DNA from: Promethearchaeota archaeon
Lineage (GTDB): Archaea > Asgardarchaeota > Lokiarchaeia > Sigyniarchaeales > SOKP01
DNA: 64,000 bases
Direction of reading: 5' to 3'
NCBI GenBank assembly: GCA_016839585.1
Contig: JAEOTZ010000018.1
Coordinates: 32,001 to 96,000, forward strand
Shown: positions 28,995 through 39,210 of the stretch, in pieces
How the letters are laid out: every line of letters starts with the position of its first letter
How positions within the stretch are numbered: position 1 is the stretch's first letter
Position numbers and translations under genes: made by a program
The notes under the pieces: model-generated
The model's database searches: none
The model's input: only the letters and a program-made list of their open reading frames with translations
Told to the model about the DNA's origin: nothing

Positions 28995-30248
28995 CTAAAA
29001 AGTAACCTTCTCTGGATATGTTATCTCTAATAAAGTAAGGGCTTTTTTGGCTATTTCATAGGTAATTGCTCCATCAGTATCTTGGTTTTTAAAAGCTTCT
29101 CTAATTTTTGGTAATAGATATTCTGGGAAAATAATTAATGGTTTAATATCTGTAAGTAACAGTATCCAACTTCGCTTTTTATCATCTTTAATCTCAGTAA
29201 TAATATTCAAATCCTTTAAATCATCAAGGAGAATCTCTGTTACTGCAAATTCGCTAAATATTTTAGGAATTTTGTCAAGAGGATAATGATTATGTCGCAT
29301 GAGCACAAAAAAATCATATACATCAGGATTTAGCATGATAGATGCTAATTTTTTTGTTTCTTCAACTGGTTGCGTATATGGATCGTAATTTGAAAAAAAA
29401 TCAATAACTCTTTGTTTAAATTCTGTTAATAATTCATTTTTTGTTTCTTTGAAATGATTTAATAGATTTTCATTTGGGATTCTTGCCATAAGAATATCTT
29501 TTACTAAAAATAAATATTCTCCTTGGTGTTTAATCTCGCCAGTTTTCTTATCTTTTTCTCCTTTAATCCAGTCACGTCTGATTAAATTTAGTTCTAAGAA
29601 AGGTCTTAGTAAAATATCTACATTTGGGGTAGATTTAAATTTTTCCAATATATCCTTCATTTCTCTTTTAGATATCGGACGATCACGTAAGAGTTCCAAG
29701 ATTTTCATCCTTTCAACACTATTATATATTAAAGAAACTTTCTGAAGTTTATCCAAATTAGATAACCTATCAACTTGAAATATTGTAAACTTTACTTCAT
29801 TTTTTAATCTTATATTTATATTAGAGATTAATGAAACCTGTTTTGAGCTTTTTGCCCGTGTAAGTTTATCAAATATTTTATCCAGTCGATTTCCCATTTC
29901 TTTAATTAGATCCTCAAAAAGCTCAATTTCATCATCTAATTCGAATATTGATATCGCTAAGAATTGTGATCCATCAGCAGATTGCTTAAAATATGAAATA
30001 ATCTGATAAGGAGTTTCTTTTAACCTTCCTGTATAAAAATTGCTGTAGCTATATTTTACGCCGAAGAGTCCAGTTGTATGTTGATAAAATGTAGCAAATA
30101 TATCGTTTTCAGCAATCAATACTGAATAATTATCCTCATTATATGTTTCGTCCCTAAATTCTAATTGTATTGGTTCAAATTCTGGCTCTATTTCGCCTGT
30201 CTCCTTTTGATTTATCTTAAATTGAAATGTTAAAATACCTTGAATCAA
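28995..30248 (-). CDS. Uncharacterised protein, possible longin-like N-terminus plus winged HTH
   Basis: Long ORF apparently co-transcribed with 26774-28963; ERMKILELLRDRPISKREM...PFLELNLIRR is HTH-like. Confidence 0.5.
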   Translation of the reverse strand: MIQGILTFQFKINQKETGEIEPEFEPIQLEFRDETYNEDNYSVLIAENDIFATFYQHTTGLFGVKYSYSNFYTGRLKETPYQIISYFKQSADGSQFLAISIFELDDEIELFEDLIKEMGNRLDKIFDKLTRAKSSKQVSLISNINIRLKNEVKFTIFQVDRLSNLDKLQKVSLIYNSVERMKILELLRDRPISKREMKDILEKFKSTPNVDILLRPFLELNLIRRDWIKGEKDKKTGEIKHQGEYLFLVKDILMARIPNENLLNHFKETKNELLTEFKQRVIDFFSNYDPYTQPVEETKKLASIMLNPDVYDFFVLMRHNHYPLDKIPKIFSEFAVTEILLDDLKDLNIITEIKDDKKRSWILLLTDIKPLIIFPEYLLPKIREAFKNQDTDGAITYEIAKKALTLLEITYPEKVTF

Positions 30249-30605
30249 TATTATATCCCTCGAAAATTGTTATTATTTAAATTATATATAATTATTTCTT
30301 AAGCAATTTACTTAATTAAAGTTTATCTAATAATGTTTTAAAAATTTAATTTTCTTTGCTTTAATTATTCTGACTTTTAAACAATAATAAATTATAAATA
30401 ATCAATTCCTGAAATTTATATTATACTATCTATATTATACTAGGTAATTTCAGAATATATTTATAGTAAAATAATGTTTTGAAAACAAAATCACAATTCA
30501 ATAAATTAAATTATATATAATGAATTCTTACTAATAATTTATATTTTTTAATTTACTTGTAAATATTAAATTAATACTCTAAGATAGTTAAGGTAAATTG
30601 AGATT

Positions 30606-32228
30606 ATGAAATTCACAATTAAAAAAAAAATTAGTGTAATTTTAACCTTTTTTATATTATTAATTATAATCGTAAATGTACCTGGATTAAACACCCTTAT
30701 TTTCGAAAAAAAGAACGTTAGTAAAATAATGGATAATGATAATATTCATACTTCAGGTGAGATTCGGATCGTTTCTGACTTTTCCTCTCAAGGTTCATGG
30801 TTTTCAGAGTTTGAAGGAGATGAGAGTGATATTAGTACGTCAATAAGTCAAGAACATGCAAATTATGTTATTATAGGAGATTCAGGAAGAACTAATATTG
30901 ATAGTCCTCTCAGTGATACAGATTGGACTGTATTTAATAATCCTGAGTTACCCATATTGCCAGATATATATGAAATTAACTCATCTGGGTGTTATGTTTC
31001 TCATTTATGGCATGAAGATATAAACCAAACTCGAAATAGACCTAGTATACACTGGAAGAGAAATATTACTATGCCTGTTAATATGTCAGATTATATAATT
31101 ACATCTGCGTCTCTTAAAGTTATATTTAATGCAACAGTTACAGTTTCTCCTCATGGTGAACCTACAGGTGGAGAGGGAATAGATAGATTAGGAGATGCAA
31201 ATCTTGATGATTATTCTACAGGGGATTATGCTAGGTTTTATGTTCTCTTGTCTGATATTGAGGAAACTTTTCAACCTATTGAAATAGCAAATAATAATAC
31301 TGCATTGGGGGATCTAGGGCAAGATAGTCCAGCAATAAGTCACTTTTCTGATACTCCGATGGATAAAGTTCCAGAAAATGTCTTAGGTAGTGTTTTAACA
31401 TCTGTTTTAAGAACTGATGGTTATAACTTTACAATTACATTAGGAATAGATATTTATTGTGAAGATAATGAAATTGGTGTAGATATAGATCGATGGAATT
31501 CATTGATAATTCGGTCCTTCAATTTAACCTTTACTTATGAAAAGAAAATTGATCAGTTTACAGCTGCATCTTGGAATCAAATAGGAGAAGAATTAAAGAA
31601 TAGTACAGATATTCAACTTAATGAAGCTACCCTTGAAATTCAAAACTATAAAGTTGATCGCCTGTGGCCTTATCTATCTTCTCCAAACTCTGAAATAAGA
31701 ATTTTAATTAATGACAAACAACATATTGAAACCATAAAATTAAGTTCAGTCGATACCGAGGGTGATGACGACGAATTTGATGTAACTTCATTAATTACAA
31801 AAGGTATAAACATCAGTCTAGCAATTCAAGTTTTTCTCGCAGATACTTTCGAATTAGCTGAGAACATCACAGTTTCAATTAATAAAGTAAGTCTTATAAT
31901 TGATTACACCGACCTTTCTGGCGAAAGTACTGAAGAACCTCTTATATTTGGAATATTATTTATAGTTGTTTTAATAGTTTCTGCTGGATTAGGTGGTTAC
32001 CTTTATCTCTATCAAAAAATATTGAAATACCCAAAACCCGTGAGAAAAGTAAGAAAATTTCGTAGAACGTTAAGAAAGACAAATGCTCCTAGTACACCTA
32101 TTATAAGCAGTGAAAGAGCATTTAATGTTATTTATGCAGGTGAATTGGGTAAAACTACTGGGTTTTTAAAACCTTCTAGTGCACCTTTAAAGAAAACACA
32201 AGGAATAAAAATTACAGAAAAATCATAA
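30606..32228 (+). CDS. Membrane-anchored cell-surface glycoprotein (paralog 1)
   Basis: N-terminal signal/TM, acidic beta-rich ectodomain with many NxS/T sequons, C-terminal TM followed by KYPKPVRKVRKFRRTLRK. Confidence 0.75.
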   Translation: MKFTIKKKISVILTFFILLIIIVNVPGLNTLIFEKKNVSKIMDNDNIHTSGEIRIVSDFSSQGSWFSEFEGDESDISTSISQEHANYVIIGDSGRTNIDSPLSDTDWTVFNNPELPILPDIYEINSSGCYVSHLWHEDINQTRNRPSIHWKRNITMPVNMSDYIITSASLKVIFNATVTVSPHGEPTGGEGIDRLGDANLDDYSTGDYARFYVLLSDIEETFQPIEIANNNTALGDLGQDSPAISHFSDTPMDKVPENVLGSVLTSVLRTDGYNFTITLGIDIYCEDNEIGVDIDRWNSLIIRSFNLTFTYEKKIDQFTAASWNQIGEELKNSTDIQLNEATLEIQNYKVDRLWPYLSSPNSEIRILINDKQHIETIKLSSVDTEGDDDEFDVTSLITKGINISLAIQVFLADTFELAENITVSINKVSLIIDYTDLSGESTEEPLIFGILFIVVLIVSAGLGGYLYLYQKILKYPKPVRKVRKFRRTLRKTNAPSTPIISSERAFNVIYAGELGKTTGFLKPSSAPLKKTQGIKITEKS

Positions 32229-32249
32229 TTTTGGAGGATTATATTAATT

Positions 32250-34040
32250 ATGAATACAAAAAAATATAAAATTAGTAAATTACTGCTATTAGGCATCATT
32301 TTATTTAATATAGCATTTAGTATGTCTATGTTAAATCTATATATTGATCAAAATTCAAGCAGTATTTCAAAAACATATACTACTAATCAAAATAATATTC
32401 ATACATCCGCAGTGGAGTCATTTACAAGACAATGGCTTAAAAATTCTAATTTTTCCTCTCAAGAATCATGGGAATCACAAATAGAAGGAGATAATAGAGA
32501 TGCAGTGGCTTATATTGGTGAAGAGCACGGGAATTATCTTATTATTGGTGATTCAGGAGTACTAAGCATCGATGATCCTCTCAGTGATATAGATTGGACA
32601 TCTTTCAACAATCCAGAATTTCCAATCGAACCGGAAGATTATGGAATTAATACTGCTGGTTGCTATGTTTCTCATACTTGGGATGAAGGAGAAGATCAAA
32701 CTCTAAATACTCCTAGTATGCATTGGAAAAGAAACGTTACTATGCCAGTTAATATGTCAGATTACATAATTACATCTGTATCACTTGAAGCAATATTTAA
32801 TGCAACAGTAACAGCTGTAGGATCAAATCCATTGCAACCTCACATTAATGGTATTGAACGCCCTGGAGATTACACAGAAAGTAATCCCCCTAGTATTCCA
32901 CAATTTGGAATCGGCGATTCAGCAACGTTTTATGTTCTAATTTCAGATGTAGAAGATAATAATGTGTATCAAATAGCAGTAAATAAAACGACTGACCTTG
33001 GACAAGATACTCCAGAGGTAAATAACTATACAGATACACTTCTTAATGTTGTTCCAGAAGAGCTATTAATATCTTATTTAACTTCTGTATTGGAAAATGA
33101 TAATTATAATTTCACAATTACTTTGGGAATAGATATTTATTGCGAAGATAATGAATACAATGCAGATATTGATGTATGGGATTTGTTAATTATAAGATCT
33201 TTTAATTTAACTTTCACTTTCGAAAAAAGAATTGATAAATTAACTACAATTTCATGGAGTCAAACGGGAGATAAAGTCCCAAGTAATGCCCAGATTACAG
33301 ATGCAGGTCTTAATTTTACTTATTCTATAAATCAAACTTGGCCTGAGACTTTATCTCCAAATACTGAAATGAGAATTTTAATAAATGATAATGCTTATAG
33401 AAGAGCAATTAAGTTAAATAGATTTACAGCAATTTTCCAAGAAGAAAGAATAAATGGTTCTGATTTTACTTCTCTATTTCAGAGGAATGTAAATATCACT
33501 CTTTCTCTCCAATTATTTTTAGCGGATACATTTGCATTAAATCGAAATATATCAATTTCAATAGATGAGGTGTATCTTAAAATTACCTATATTGTGGTTA
33601 CACTGGAATTTTATCAAGAACCTTGGTTCTTTTCGCTACTTTTAATAATTGCTAGTATTATAGGCGCATGTATAGGTGGTTATCTTATTGCTTATTATAA
33701 AGTCTTAAGGTATCCAAGACCCGTGAGAAAAGTAAGAAAATACCGAAAAACCCTGAGAAAAACGAATGCTCCGAGTACACCCATTGTGGATCGTGAAAGG
33801 GCCTTTAAGGGAGCATATAAACGAGAGATAGCTGCAGTTGCTACTATAGCTAAGGTAAGTCCTGCTGTACAAAAAACTATACCAGATAAATTAAAAACAA
33901 CAGCACCCAAACAGACACCACCAGCGGAAGTTAAAACTAAAACACTTGAAGAAAAAATAGAACAGGATAAGCTTATAGAAAAATCATTAGAAAAAAAAGA
34001 AGAGCTAGATAAATTAGTTGAGAAAGCTAAAGAAAAATAA
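32250..34040 (+). CDS. Membrane-anchored cell-surface glycoprotein (paralog 2)
   Basis: Same architecture as paralog 1; shared motifs HWKRN.TMPVNMSDYIITS, NFTITLGIDIYCEDNE, YP.PVRKVRK..RTLRKTNAPSTPI; GGAGG SD. Confidence 0.75.
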   Translation: MNTKKYKISKLLLLGIILFNIAFSMSMLNLYIDQNSSSISKTYTTNQNNIHTSAVESFTRQWLKNSNFSSQESWESQIEGDNRDAVAYIGEEHGNYLIIGDSGVLSIDDPLSDIDWTSFNNPEFPIEPEDYGINTAGCYVSHTWDEGEDQTLNTPSMHWKRNVTMPVNMSDYIITSVSLEAIFNATVTAVGSNPLQPHINGIERPGDYTESNPPSIPQFGIGDSATFYVLISDVEDNNVYQIAVNKTTDLGQDTPEVNNYTDTLLNVVPEELLISYLTSVLENDNYNFTITLGIDIYCEDNEYNADIDVWDLLIIRSFNLTFTFEKRIDKLTTISWSQTGDKVPSNAQITDAGLNFTYSINQTWPETLSPNTEMRILINDNAYRRAIKLNRFTAIFQEERINGSDFTSLFQRNVNITLSLQLFLADTFALNRNISISIDEVYLKITYIVVTLEFYQEPWFFSLLLIIASIIGACIGGYLIAYYKVLRYPRPVRKVRKYRKTLRKTNAPSTPIVDRERAFKGAYKREIAAVATIAKVSPAVQKTIPDKLKTTAPKQTPPAEVKTKTLEEKIEQDKLIEKSLEKKEELDKLVEKAKEK

Positions 34041-34076
34041 GAATTAGATAGTACCAATTAAAATAAGATATTTATT

Positions 34077-34655
34077 TTATTTACTTTTAACTTTTTTAGT
34101 ATTCAAACAAGCCAAAATTAGGGCATCATGATAAATTCCGTTGAAATTCAAATATTGTTTGAGTGTTCCTTCTTTTATGAACTCACATTTTTTAAAAAGA
34201 GTTATTGATCTAATATTATCAACCGCGACATGAGCTTCAATACGATTTAATTTAAGATGATTAAAGGTGATTATTTTAATTAAGTTTATTGCTTTTTCCC
34301 CAATTCCTTGTTTCCAATAATCAGGAACAAGCCAGATACCTATTTCTGCTCTCATGTGGAGCCAGCTTATATTCCAAAGACTGATTGAGCCAGCATTATT
34401 AATTGTATTCCCTTCTTTTATTTCTATGATATAATTATATTGGCTAAAATTGCTCCAATATTTAAGATAATTACCAATTAATCTTTTAGAACTATCAAGC
34501 GTCTTTAAAGGACCTAATGACATGTAATTAGTAATTTCTCTCTGTTTTAAGCTATGATAGAGAAATTTAGCATCATTTTTGGAAATTTTTCTAAGAAATA
34601 TATTATTATCGTTAATTTCCTCAATAACTTCGATATCATGAACCATAATTTTCAA
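34077..34655 (-). CDS. RimJ/RimL-type GNAT acetyltransferase
   Basis: AEIGIWL.PDYWKQGIG, LNRIEAHV..DNIRS, F.KEGTLK. Confidence 0.88.
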   Translation of the reverse strand: MKIMVHDIEVIEEINDNNIFLRKISKNDAKFLYHSLKQREITNYMSLGPLKTLDSSKRLIGNYLKYWSNFSQYNYIIEIKEGNTINNAGSISLWNISWLHMRAEIGIWLVPDYWKQGIGEKAINLIKIITFNHLKLNRIEAHVAVDNIRSITLFKKCEFIKEGTLKQYLNFNGIYHDALILACLNTKKVKSK

Positions 34656-34755
34656 AAACTAAAAATTTTTGCACTTATTAATTGTCAATAGTATAAATTC
34701 TATAAGAATAATATAAGTAAAAAAATACTTAAAAAAAAAAAGAAAGAAAAATAAA

Positions 34756-35712
34756 TTATATCCCCTTGAAATGTGGAGTATCTTTTATTCTTCTACTCCC
34801 ACCACAATTTTTACATGTACTCCCATCTTCCATTTTACCTTTACCACTACAAACAGGACATTTGATTCTCCGATTAAAAGCTGCAAGTCCCTCTCTAGCA
34901 TCAAAACTGGTAAAAACTTCTCCAAAACCCAATTGTTCCATAATAAGGCCCAATTGAATATTTCGAGTGCCAAATTTAACACACTTTTTAATTATGAATA
35001 ATGATGTTGTCGGAGCATCCCCTAACCATTTAGCTTTTTCATGTACCAATTTTTCAAATTCTTCACCAGCAGGAGCTATCCAAGATACTAAACCCCAATC
35101 TAACATAGTCTTAGCACTATGATGTTCTCCAAACATTGCCATTCTTAATGCTCTATTGACTCCAATTCTAGACGCCATTCTCGTGATACCTCCATTAGCT
35201 GGAAATATCCCTCTGTTTATCTCTGGGGTTCCAAATTCAGATCTATCAGTAGCAATCACAATATCACAGCATAATACCATTTCACAACCTCCTCCTAAAG
35301 CAAATCCATCAACCGCTGCAATAATGGGTTTTGGGAATTGTTCTATTTCATCATAATCCCTGTGCCTTTTTCTCATTGCTTGACTCATATGCCGAGGGAT
35401 AGACGGGTTTAATCTAGTATCAAACCTTGCTGCTAAATCAGCTCCAACTGAAAATGCTGGTTTTTTTGTCACTTCTTTTGTACCTCGAATAACAACTGCT
35501 CTTATTGAATCATCAAATTCCATTAATCTTAATGCACGAGGTAATTCAGCAACTACGTCATCAGTCAAAGCATTTAATCTATCTGGTCGATTAATTGAAA
35601 TCACAGCATAATTACCATCAATGGTGCCTTCCCTTATAACATTTCCTTCACTATCTACTAATTCTGGCCATTCAATATTAATATATTCGAAATTTTCCAT
35701 TTTATCAAACAC
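34756..35712 (-). CDS. Enoyl-CoA hydratase with C-terminal CxxCxGxG zinc-knuckle insertion
   Basis: INRPDRLNAL, FSVGADL, GGGCEM, PEINRG; CPVCSGKG...CKNCGGS before the terminal PHFKG. Confidence 0.88.
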   Translation of the reverse strand: MFDKMENFEYINIEWPELVDSEGNVIREGTIDGNYAVISINRPDRLNALTDDVVAELPRALRLMEFDDSIRAVVIRGTKEVTKKPAFSVGADLAARFDTRLNPSIPRHMSQAMRKRHRDYDEIEQFPKPIIAAVDGFALGGGCEMVLCCDIVIATDRSEFGTPEINRGIFPANGGITRMASRIGVNRALRMAMFGEHHSAKTMLDWGLVSWIAPAGEEFEKLVHEKAKWLGDAPTTSLFIIKKCVKFGTRNIQLGLIMEQLGFGEVFTSFDAREGLAAFNRRIKCPVCSGKGKMEDGSTCKNCGGSRRIKDTPHFKGI

Positions 35713-35868
35713 TTCCTTTTTTAATTCTTTCTTAAGTCTATTAATAAGTTAAAAAATTTAAATATCTGAATAATTAGTATTATTTTTTTAATAATTAAAA
35801 ATTTTCAAATTTGGATTTGAATAAGTCTTAAATCAAAATAAAAAGAAAAAAAATTAAATTTTATCGGG

Positions 35869-37056
35869 TTATTTTCGCATTTTAGCAAATTCTCCCGATT
35901 TCATCAACTCAATAGGTCGAAAATAATCTTTTCCTGTTTTGTCAGCTAAATCGTTTAAAACTTTTGCCCATGCTTCATAATTCTTTTTTCCTGCACCAAA
36001 AGGGCCTGGAGCATTCATGCCTGCCATATTTGCATCATCAATAATTTTAAATCCGCTGGCAATACCCTCATCCAAAATGCGACAGCCTTCATTTAACATT
36101 ATGGCAAAGATCGTATTTAAATCAAATATACCTGCTGGTTCAGCTTTTTTAATTTTTTCCATAATTGCATCTCTTCCTTGACTCCAATCGTAAAATCCCT
36201 TTCCGGTTTTTGGACCTAAATCTCCTTTTTCATTTAATTCCTTTATAACTTTTCCAGGTTCAAAATCAGGAGAAAGAGTTTCTTTATAATAATTCATAAT
36301 ATGAAAGTTTGTGTCAATACCTGTAAAATCTGACAAAACGCAAGGTGGCATTGGCATTTTACCCCCCGCATCAGCATCTAAACGTTCCCATGGGATACCT
36401 CGTTTGTCTGCTTCATCAAAAGCCCAATGTAAATAGATAATAACTGGAGCATTCATTCGATTCACAATAAATCCTGGCCGATCTTTTAATACTGGAGCAA
36501 TATATCTTTGACCTCTTAAACATGGTAATTTACCAGCCAAATCCATAGCAATATTAAATGTTTCATCCGAGGTATCTTTCCCTCTAATTACTTCGATTAA
36601 TCGCATCAACGGGACAGGATTAAAGAAATGCATTCCACATACTCTATTAGGAGCTCCTGAATCTTTTCCTATTTCTGTTATGCTCATTGTGGAAGTGTTG
36701 GAGGCAAAAATCACGTGGGATGGGCCGTTATCCATGACAGTTTTACATACATTCTTCTTAATATCCATTTTTTCTACAACTGCCTCTATTACAAAATCGA
36801 TATTTTTAACAGCGGAAGCAAGATCAATTGATTTTCTTAATCTTGATAACACAGCAGCAGCAGTAATACCTTCACCTAATGCATTTTTGGATTCTAATTT
36901 CTTTAGTCCCTCTTCGATTTTTGCAGCTCCATTATCTACAAATTCATCTTTAATATCTACTAAAGTAACATTATAACCTGCCATGAGAGCTACTTGGGCA
37001 ATCCCATGTCCCATTAAGCCTGCGCCCAGAACTAATAAATTTTTTACATCACCCAT
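35869..37056 (-). CDS. 3-hydroxyacyl-CoA dehydrogenase
   Basis: GAGLMGHGIA, EAVVE, ASNTS, GMHFFNP, KTGKGFY. Confidence 0.93.
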   Translation of the reverse strand: MGDVKNLLVLGAGLMGHGIAQVALMAGYNVTLVDIKDEFVDNGAAKIEEGLKKLESKNALGEGITAAAVLSRLRKSIDLASAVKNIDFVIEAVVEKMDIKKNVCKTVMDNGPSHVIFASNTSTMSITEIGKDSGAPNRVCGMHFFNPVPLMRLIEVIRGKDTSDETFNIAMDLAGKLPCLRGQRYIAPVLKDRPGFIVNRMNAPVIIYLHWAFDEADKRGIPWERLDADAGGKMPMPPCVLSDFTGIDTNFHIMNYYKETLSPDFEPGKVIKELNEKGDLGPKTGKGFYDWSQGRDAIMEKIKKAEPAGIFDLNTIFAIMLNEGCRILDEGIASGFKIIDDANMAGMNAPGPFGAGKKNYEAWAKVLNDLADKTGKDYFRPIELMKSGEFAKMRK

Positions 37057-37366
37057 TTTTAAATATCAACCAACTTTAATTTAATTTTTTGATAAAAATT
37101 TTAACATTTAATTAAATCTTATTTTTATTATAACTTTTAACATTTTATTTATCTGAAAAGTAAAAATCATTGATGAAAATCTTTAATTTATTTAATGGCT
37201 TTTGATAATATTCAAAATGTATCTAATTTTCAATTAAAATTACTTTAGCTATCTAAATTTTATTTTATAATGTAGAATCATTGGTTAATTACTAAATATA
37301 AAAAGAATGAATTTATAACTAGATTTTTATATAATTATTAAGTAAGGTTTAAATGAGGTAAAAACA

Positions 37367-38488
37367 ATGAAATTAGCAAAAATTTATGGGATTGAAATAA
37401 AGTTACATCTAAGTACATTGTTGATAATTGGATTAATTGGTTTTTATGCTGTTAACTTTTATTTTTCGGCTGTTGTTAATCCTTCACTACTTGAGATAAT
37501 TATAGTAGGATTGGCAAGTGGTATAATTATTTTATTTTCTATTTTGATTCATGAACTAGCTCATTCAATTTTAGCTCAAAAATATGGATTAAAAGTCTCT
37601 GAAATTGAATTATATTTATTTGGGGGTGTTTCAAAAATAGAAGAGGAACCTAAAACTCCAAAAAGTGAAATTTTAATAAGTGCAGTCGGTCCTTTATCCA
37701 GTTTAATTATTGGAGGAATATTTGTATCTATACTTACATTCATACCTATTACTTTCCCAACTTTCATTTTCATCATATTATTTTATACAGGTATCACTAA
37801 TATTGGTTTAGCAATTTTTAATTTAATTCCAGCATTTCCTATTGATGGTGGGAGAATTCTAAGAGCTATTTTATGGCATCGAAGAGATAATATAATATCT
37901 GCTACTAAAACAGCATCAAAAGTAGGGAGTTTTTTTGCATATGGACTGATTGCTTATGGTGTTTTACAAATCTTCTTATTTGGTTTTTTAAGTGGTCTAT
38001 GGGTAATTATAATAGGGTTTTTCTTGAACAATCAAACGAAACAATCATATTATAACATTCTAAATGATATGACTTTATCAAAAATAAATGCTCGAGATAT
38101 GATAAGTATGCCTAGATTAGAAGTACCTTTTGATATGTTAATTAGTGATGCGCTTAGAGAATATTTTATGCTTTACAAAAAATCTTATTTTCCGGTAATT
38201 CAGGGAGACAAAATTGTTGGCATAATTCATATAGATGACATAAAAAAGATTCCACTTGAACTCAGATCAAATTATATTGTAGGTTATGTAATGAAAAACA
38301 TTTCAAATTTTCCTATGATTGATGAGCTAGACAATGGGAAAGAAGCTTTAAAACAAATAAGAAATTTAACAGAGAAACCGCAATTAGTAGTAGTAAAAGA
38401 TAATAGTGATTATATCTTAGGTCTAATTGGTCAGGATGAATTATCTTTATCCTTACGATTTTGTCAATTAAATCCTGAAAAATGTTAA
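37367..38488 (+). CDS. Site-2 protease (M50) with C-terminal CBS pair
   Basis: HELAH, FNLIPAFPIDGGR, CBS domains. Confidence 0.92.
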   Translation: MKLAKIYGIEIKLHLSTLLIIGLIGFYAVNFYFSAVVNPSLLEIIIVGLASGIIILFSILIHELAHSILAQKYGLKVSEIELYLFGGVSKIEEEPKTPKSEILISAVGPLSSLIIGGIFVSILTFIPITFPTFIFIILFYTGITNIGLAIFNLIPAFPIDGGRILRAILWHRRDNIISATKTASKVGSFFAYGLIAYGVLQIFLFGFLSGLWVIIIGFFLNNQTKQSYYNILNDMTLSKINARDMISMPRLEVPFDMLISDALREYFMLYKKSYFPVIQGDKIVGIIHIDDIKKIPLELRSNYIVGYVMKNISNFPMIDELDNGKEALKQIRNLTEKPQLVVVKDNSDYILGLIGQDELSLSLRFCQLNPEKC

Positions 38489-38558
38489 TAAAAGGTTTTT
38501 TTATTCTTTTTAATAAATTCTTTATAGAGAGACCATAATCTTTAATTCTATAAATGAT

Positions 38559-39086
38559 TTAAAAGTAAAAATTAAGTTCCTCTATGCAAACATCCTTCTG
38601 CGGATCATTTTCAAGGAAATTAATTTCAATTTTTTTTATCTTTTCTCCTAATAATTTTTTAAAAGCAGTTTCAAAATAACCTTTATTAATTCTACAAAAA
38701 GCCTTTCCATATTTTAATTTGTCCCGATGCTTTATTGATTCACGTAAAAAGCAATAATTTTCAATCTCAATCCGAATTAAATCATCAAAATATTCGATTT
38801 TTCTTACCTTTATTGAATAGAATTCTTTTAATTCATCCATTAACACTATGAGTGCTTCTATTATCTCAAACTCATTTCTGCTATATTTTTCTTTTAATCT
38901 TTTTGATATTACTTCCCCAGGACCTACCCCTATTTGGTATAACATAGAAAGGAGACTATTTCTTCCAAAAAGATCTAAAATCTTATATACCATAGACTCA
39001 GATATAATTTCAAATCCTTTTAATGAATCAATGTTTTCTATAGGATTGTATATTCTTTTGTTTAATTCTTCTTTATAACTATCCAA
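38559..39086 (-). CDS. V4R/HNOX/Bet3-like fold protein
   Basis: LYQIG..PG, IEIENYCF, FCRINKGYF, C-terminal C. Confidence 0.6.
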   Translation of the reverse strand: MDSYKEELNKRIYNPIENIDSLKGFEIISESMVYKILDLFGRNSLLSMLYQIGVGPGEVISKRLKEKYSRNEFEIIEALIVLMDELKEFYSIKVRKIEYFDDLIRIEIENYCFLRESIKHRDKLKYGKAFCRINKGYFETAFKKLLGEKIKKIEINFLENDPQKDVCIEELNFYF

Positions 39087-39210
39087 TATGTTTACCCCTA
39101 ATAATTAAGAATTTGAAGTACTATTCTTAACTAATAACAAGAAAAAATTATTCATTAAAAATTTATTTATTTGCCAAATTTATAAAAAAAAAAAGTAAAG
39201 TAAATTAAAA

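Noticed and set aside
36490-36540. Short insertion in 3-hydroxyacyl-CoA dehydrogenase (LPCLRGQRYI) as a possible in-frame BHB intron
   Set aside because: CUGG/CCAG can pair, but the flanking intron helix needed for a BHB does not form, and the frame is open.
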